DNA from: the human T2T-CHM13v2.0 reference genome, Homo sapiens
Assembly: GCF_009914755.1 (NCBI RefSeq)
Contig: NC_060937.1
Direction: 5' to 3' (one strand)
DNA length: 64,000 nucleotides
Shown here: piece by piece, positions 57,452 through 64,000 of the stretch
How the letters are laid out: each line of letters starts with the position of its first letter
Position numbering within the stretch: the stretch's first letter is position 1
The notes under the pieces: model-generated
Told to the model about the DNA's origin: nothing
The model's input: only the letters and a program-made list of their open reading frames with translations
Databases searched by the model: none
Program-made: the position numbers and the translations under genes

Positions 57452-58362
57452 TGAGGCAGAATAGATAGTACAGAAAATGACCATGATCTCGGGATAGAGA
57501 AACCATGGTGACTGTACAGCCAACACAATAAGCCGTAGCATTCGCATTGTAATTGGGCTTATTCGAGCAAAGTTATCCTCATTAAGGACTTTCTGTTCTA
57601 GAGAGCATGTGTATTTTGATTTCACCTGCCCTCAAACTTAAATTTTGCTTATTTTAATAGCAAACAATGCACCCCCTAGCCAGGCACGGTGGCTTATACC
57701 TCTACTCTCAGCACTTTGGGAGGCTGAGGAAGATGGATCACTTCAAACTAGAAGCTCGAGACTAAACTGGCCAACATAGAGAAACCCCGTCTAAATTAAA
57801 AATACAAAAATTAGCAGGGTATGATGGTGCATGCCTGTAATCCCAGATACTCAGGAGGCAGAGGCACGAGCATGGCTTGAACTCAGGAGGCAGAGGTTGC
57901 AGTGAGCAGAGATCACACCACTGCACCCCAGCTTGGGCAACACGGCGAGACTCTGTCTCAAACAAACAAACAAACAAACAAACACACAGAAATACACTCC
58001 TGGGTGGAAATATAAGATGCTAACGAGACATGCAACATATGAACAAGCATGTACAGCTACTGCGCATATGCACCCCGAATACCACAGAGAACATGTTTAC
58101 TAGCAACTCCTCTTCCCTCCTCCTTATTAATAATAATGTAAAACTGCCATAAAGGGGTTTCTCCAGCGACAGTCCACGCTGTCTCACTCTTATGAGCAGT
58201 CCGCCCTGGAGTATCTCTCTCAGGGTGTACTGTATTCTGCACTTAACTTTCAAATATTTTCTTTTCCAATAAATTATGCTGTACTTTTTTTCTTTGTGTC
58301 TCTTGTTTAAATTCTTAAAATCTAGGAAGACAAGAACAGAGGTATCACATCAGTTGTCAACA
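57452..58362 (+). mobile_element. 3' LTR of ERV1 provirus, interrupted by an Alu
   Basis: tgaggcaga...gttgtcaaca; follows the PPT; homologous to 54845-55335. Confidence 0.88.
57678..57990 (+). mobile_element. Alu (AluS) in the 3' LTR
   Basis: Alu consensus; (AAAC)n tail; TSD aatgcaccccct / aatacactcct. Confidence 0.92.
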
Positions 58363-61300
58363 CAGCAATAAGTCAGCCTCCTTCTTGTAAGCATAGCCCA
58401 CGCAGAAAAGGAGAGTCGCATCACCTAGGTGCTGGATCCAGAGGTATGTCACAATTTATCCCATGCACAAAGTTAAGGTCATTGAGGAGAGTCATATTAA
58501 ATAATTTCTGGGCCCAGGGATTTGTCACAACAGCTCCTGTGAGAAGAGATCAGGCAGCATAATCACATAACCGGTGTGCTGGACACAGCGATAAGCCACC
58601 TTTCATCTGTGGGCATGACCCAGGCAAGAAAGAAGAGTCACGGCATTTAGGTGCTTGCTGCAGAGGTACGTAACAATCTCTCTTATGGGCAAAGCTCAGG
58701 TAAGAGAGAAGAGTCAAATCTCCAAGGTGATTCATGTAGAAATTTGTCACAAGAGACTTTTTAGGCAGGGCCCATGTTGGATCTTCTTATCTTCCAGAAG
58801 TTAGGTACAGGGATATGTCAGAATACCCAAAATACACAGGGCTCAGTCAATAAAGAAGAGCCACATCACCCAGGTGCTGGGTCTAGACATATGTCACATC
58901 TCTTTTATGGGGAAAGCTCAGGTAAAAAAGGAAGGTCATATCAAATAGTTGATAGACCCAGAGATATGTCACATTGCCTCCTGCTTGAAGTGTCTAGGCC
59001 AAAGACTCACATCACATTGGTGCTAGGCCTGTGTTCATATATAAACATTCAACCAGAGTTGAAATGGTGGCTCGTTTCTAAACCCAGCTTATAGGCAAGG
59101 GATGAGTCTCCTATCCTGACATAGTTAATTGTAATGATGTTGACTCTCATCCCTGGGCTTAATGTTACAAGTATGATCATGGGTCCCTACCATTAGGAAG
59201 GTCTCAAAGTTGATTACGACTCTCATTCATACAGTATAGGGCCATTGGGCAGTACACAGAGCGTGCTAACTGGGCCGAGCACACAGGTGAGATTGTGACA
59301 CTCATATGCATACCCAGCCAACAGTAACTATTGTCATCCTCTCACGGGAACACAAGTCAGTCTGCAGAGGAATTGAGGCTCTCATGCGCAAATCCAGTCT
59401 GGTGTTGAGATGGTTATTCGTGGGCTTAGACCCAACATACAGGAGGTGTTGAATGTCATGCCTACCACTGAGACAGCTGTGCGATTGTTAATCTAATTCC
59501 TGGACCATTCTGCAGCTTCCATTGTCAAATTTCCCAGTGCCTAGCACCTAAGTGACTTGACGGGCTCGCATGGACCCAGCCCACAGATGGGATATTAACA
59601 TATTGATGGATCCAGCACATTGAGGATGTAACTCTATTCTCCTTCGTTGGCACTGCCCACAGTGAGCAGTTTGACATATCGCTAGACCTTACACCCAGGT
59701 GATGTGAGTCTCCTCTTCTGCCTTGGCGCTGCCCTCAGGAAGCGTTGTTATATATAGCTTGGCCTCGCATCCAGGTTATGTGACTCTCCGGCTTGTGCAC
59801 TGCCCATATGGGACACTGTGTTAATATTGCTGAGTCCACTACTCAGGTGATGTAACCCAACTGCCTGGGCCCTGCCTTACAGGGGCATTGTGACATATCT
59901 CTGTGCTCATCAGCCAGGTGATGTGATTCTCTTCTCCTGCCTGGTCCCTTTACACAGAAGGGATTGTGACACGTTGCTGGGCTTAGCACCAAGTTGATGT
60001 TGATGTGAATCTTCTGCCTGGATCGAGTTCACAGAAGGCATCGTGACATACCTCTGGGTGCATCACCTATTTGATGAGACTCTCCTCTCTTACCTGAGCA
60101 TTGCCCATAAGACAGATTGTGACATATCCCTGGGTCTAGCACTGGGATGATGTGAATTCTCTCTGCCTGGGTCATGCCCACAGAAGGAAGTGTGACTTAT
60201 AACTGGGAACAGCACAGGGGTGATGTGATTCTTCTGCCTGGTCCCTACGTACAGGAGTCATTGTCAAATGCCTCTGGGCCCATCATCTAGACTATGTGAC
60301 TCTCTACTTCTTCCTAGGGCCTGCTCACATAAGGATTGTGACATATTACATGCCCTACATCATGTGACTTTTCTCTCATGTCTGGGCTCCGTCTTGGAGA
60401 TGAATGTGACACATACCTAGGCCTGTTCCCTAGGTTCTGTAACTTCTCGTTTTTCAAAATCCTACCCACCAGGGGCATTGAAACATCTCTGTGGGCACTT
60501 CACTTAGGTAATGTTACCCTGTTGCCTGGAGCCTCCCCTCTGGGGGGTATGGTGACATATTGCTGGACACAGTACCTATGTGATATTCTCTCCTTTCTTG
60601 CCTGGGCCTTGTATACATTATGTATTCTAATATACGGCTGGGTTTAATGACTAGGTGATGCAACTCTTATGCATAGACCCTACCCACAGGGACATTATGA
60701 CATTTCTTTAGCTCTGACTCTCCTCTTTTTCCTTAGCCCTGCCAAAAAGGGAGGTGGTGACATATAACTGGACCTAGCAACCAGCTAATATGAGTCTCCT
60801 CTTTTGCCTGCACCCAGCATATTTTGGGTATTGTGATGTATCCTTTGTCTCAAAACCTGCAGGATGAAAGTCTCCTGCCTGAGCCCAGCCATCTGTCAAA
60901 ATTGTTTCTCCCACACGAACATGGACCATAATTGAGGTTCTGAAACTCACACCCAGAGGCAGTCAACAGTTGGAAAATTGGCTCTTAAAAGTGGATATTG
61001 TCTGCCAGTGGGTTTGTGACTCCCTGACCAAGATCCAAAACACTTGTGAGGCTGTGAGTCCACTAAGATAACTCCGTTTTCAAAAGGGATTAAGGCTCTC
61101 ATGGAAAAAAACCCATTCCTCCATTGAGATTGTGACTTATGCACATAGATACAACGTACAGGAGGCGTTCACTCTCATACCCAGAACCGGAACTTATGTG
61201 GGATTGTTAATCTCATCCATGGACCTTCCTGCAGGTGTGATTCTGACATACACCTCTAGCCAGCACCTGAGTGATTTGACATTTTTGCCTGGGTGTAGCC

Positions 61301-63110
61301 CACAGATGAGATTGTGATATATCTCTGAATCCAGCATCTAATTAATATGCTTCTATTCTCCTGTCTTGGCACTGCCCATAATGGGTATCCTGACCTAACA
61401 CTGGTCCTGGCACTTTGTTATGTGACTCTGTCCTGTGCTTTGCCCACATGAGCCATTGTGACATATTGCTGGGTCCAACACCCAGGTGATGTAACTCTTG
61501 TCTAGACTTTGCCTACAGGGGGCATAGTGACATATCTCTACACTGACCACCCAGGTGATGGGACTCACTTCTCCTGACTGCTACCTGTTTATAGCAGGGA
61601 TTGTTACAAATCGTTGCGGGCAGACTCTAGGTAATGTGACTGTCTTTTTACAGAGCGCTACCCACAGGAGCCATTGCAAAATATCTGTGGGCCTCTCACT
61701 CTTTGCCTGGGCTCATTTCTCAGGGGTATTGTGACATATGGCTGACCTCAGCACCGAGGTGAACTGAGTTTCTTCTACTGTAGGGCTCTGACCAAAGAGA
61801 GATTACAATGTATCACCGGGCCCAGCACCTGAGCTATTTGACTCTCCACTCTTGGCTGCACCCTACATTTATTGTATATTGTGACATATCACTGGGTCCA
61901 ACACGTAGGTAATGTGACTCACCTGCATGGGCCATTTCCCCATGGGTACTATGAAGTATCTTTTTGTTCATCACTTAGGTGATGCAACTCTCCTCTTTGC
62001 CTTGGGCCCCACATAATTTAGCTATTGTGATGTATCACTGGGCCAATCACCTAGTCAATAGGAAGCTTCTGCCAAGACCCTGACTACTGAGGGCCTTGTG
62101 ACATAGCTCTGCATTTATCACCTAGAAAATATGATCCCCCCCATTTCTGCCTGAACCCTGCTCACAAGAAAAATTGTAGCATACTTCTGGGCCCAGCAAA
62201 CAGGTGATGTGTTTCACCTGCCTGTGCTTAGTTCACAGGGAAAATTGTGACATATCACTGGGCCCAGAACCCAGGTGAGGTGACTCTGCTGCATGTGTCG
62301 TGCTTTCAGGAGAGAACAAGAACATATCCCTGGCAGAACTCTTAGGGATGTGACTCTCTTGCCTTGTCCCTGTCCTCAGGGAAGACTGCAACATGTCCCT
62401 GACACAGACCCAGGTGATGAGACTCTCCTGCTTCTGACTACCCAAATGTGAGATTGTCACATATATTTTGGCCTAGCATGTAGGTGTGATGATGACATTC
62501 ATACCTTAAACCAACCAATAGCAGAGATACTTTCTCTCACAGCCAGGCTTAACAAAACTTGCAAAATTATGGGTCTTCTCTTACTATGAAGGTCAGAGAA
62601 AGTAAGCACTCTTGCATATCCTATAAAGCACTCAGATGGTACAGTGTTATCACAGGGCCCAGAACACAGGTGAGATTGTGTTCTCTGTGTGCACACCCAC
62701 CAATCATCAGAATTGTCATTCCTACACAGGAACAGAGGTGATTAGGGAGGTCTAAACCTCATACCTGAATGCCGTCCACAGCGGGAATTGTAACTATCAC
62801 ATGTGAACATCCAGTCACAGTTGGGATAGTGACTTATTTCTGAACCCAGTTTACAGCCAAGTAAAGATCCTCTTATCTGAATCCAGCCAGCTGGAGAGAT
62901 GTTGACTCTCATACCTGGACTTATGGCCACAGGTATGATCATAGGTTCATATCAGCATGAAGACCTCAGAGTGGATTATGTTTAATGCATACTCTACAAG
63001 GTCCACAGGAGGTACATAGTGTCCTAACAGGGCCCAGCAAACAGGTGAGATTCTAACACTCATGCACACTCTGGTGACAATAAAAGTTACCATCCTCAAA
63101 AATGGGCACA
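58363..63110. repeat. Diverged, complex beta-satellite (BSR, ~68-72-bp units) block
   Basis: At ~61480 acccaggtgatgtaactcttgtctagactttgcctacagggggcatagtgacatatctct is close to the reverse complement of the Sau3A beta-satellite consensus; interleaved with a second, shorter-unit repeat type. Confidence 0.9.
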
Positions 63111-63734
63111 ACCGGCGTGACTCAGTGGCTCACGCCTGTAATCGCAGCACTTTGGGAAGCCGAGGCGGACAGATCATGAGATCAGGAGATCAAGACCATC
63201 CTGGCCAACATGGTGAAACCACGTCTCTCTACTATTTATGATTATGATTATGATTATGATTATGATTATTATTTTGAGACAGAGTCTTGCTCTGTCACCC
63301 AGACTGGAGTGCAGTGGCACCATCTAGGCTTACTGCAACATCCGCCTCCCTGGTTCAAACAATTCTCTTGTTTCAGCTTCCCAAGTAGCAGGGACTACAG
63401 GCTCATGCCACCATTCCCAGCTAATTTTTGTATTTTTAGTGGAGACGGGGTTTCACCATATTAATTAGGCTGGTCTCAAACTCCTGACCTCAGGTGATCC
63501 ACCCACCTCGACCTCCCAAAGTGCTGGGATTACAGGCATGGGACACTGTGCCTGGCCACCCCATCTCTACTAAAAATACAAAAATTAGCTGAGCATCGTG
63601 GCACGTACCTGCAATCCCAGCTACTCGGGAAGCTGAGGCAAGAGAGTTGCTTGAACCCAGGAGGCAGAGGTTGCAGAGAGCCGAGATCGGCCCACTGCAC
63701 TCCAGCCTGGCGATAGAGTGAGACTCCGTCTCAA
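63111..63734 (+). mobile_element. Alu (AluS) split by an inverted Alu
   Basis: Left arm 63111-63234; resumes at 63558 accccatctctactaaaaataca. Confidence 0.92.
63235..63557 (-). mobile_element. Alu (AluSx) with (GATTAT)n tail, nested antisense
   Basis: Alu consensus on minus strand; duplicated target acc..tctctacta. Confidence 0.92.
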
Positions 63735-63740
63735 GGGACC

Positions 63741-63745
63741 AAAAG

Positions 63746-63779
<34 letters not shown>

Positions 63780-64000
63780 AAGAAAGAAAGAAAGAAAGGA
63801 AGGAAGGAAGGAAGGAAGGAAGGAAGGAAGGAAGGAAAAGAAAGAAAGAAAGAGAAAGAAAGAAAGGAAAAGAAAGAATTAAAGAAGAAAGAGAAAGAAA
63901 GAAGAAAGAAAGAAGAAAGAAGAAAGAGAAAGAAAGAAGAAAGAAAGAAGAAAGAAGAAAGAAGGAAGGAAGAAAGAAAGAAAGAAAAAGAAAGAAAGAA
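63741..64000 (+). repeat. Compound GA-rich microsatellite (GAAA/GA/GGAA)n
   Basis: Directly visible; continues to the window edge. Confidence 0.97.

Overview
This is human genomic DNA: it is rich in Alu, L1 and LTR elements and carries a human-specific AluYb8. The architecture suggests a pericentromeric or acrocentric segmental duplication. I find no intact known protein-coding gene, and nearly all ORF-track entries are repeat artefacts. Recognisable content, left to right: a processed CTDSP2 pseudogene (minus strand) split by a solo LTR12; dense L1/Alu/LTR sequence; a ZNF519-like KRAB-ZNF last-exon remnant fused to an L1 with its zinc fingers missing; a candidate two-exon 86-aa ORF with canonical splice sites; a Y3 RNA pseudogene inside an old L1; a nest of two LTR7 solo LTRs plus a third LTR; a ~2.9-kb ACRO1-like satellite (~139-bp unit) whose units carry back-to-back ZNF143/THAP11-type motifs; an internally deleted ERV1 provirus (gag-MA plus env-TM, no pol); and a complex beta-satellite block with a strand switch and higher-order periodicity. 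Subfamily names are from recalled consensus sequences, not from a database search. Boundaries of old repeats are approximate. I found no evidence of a wholly new biological system. The strongest leads are regulatory and structural.
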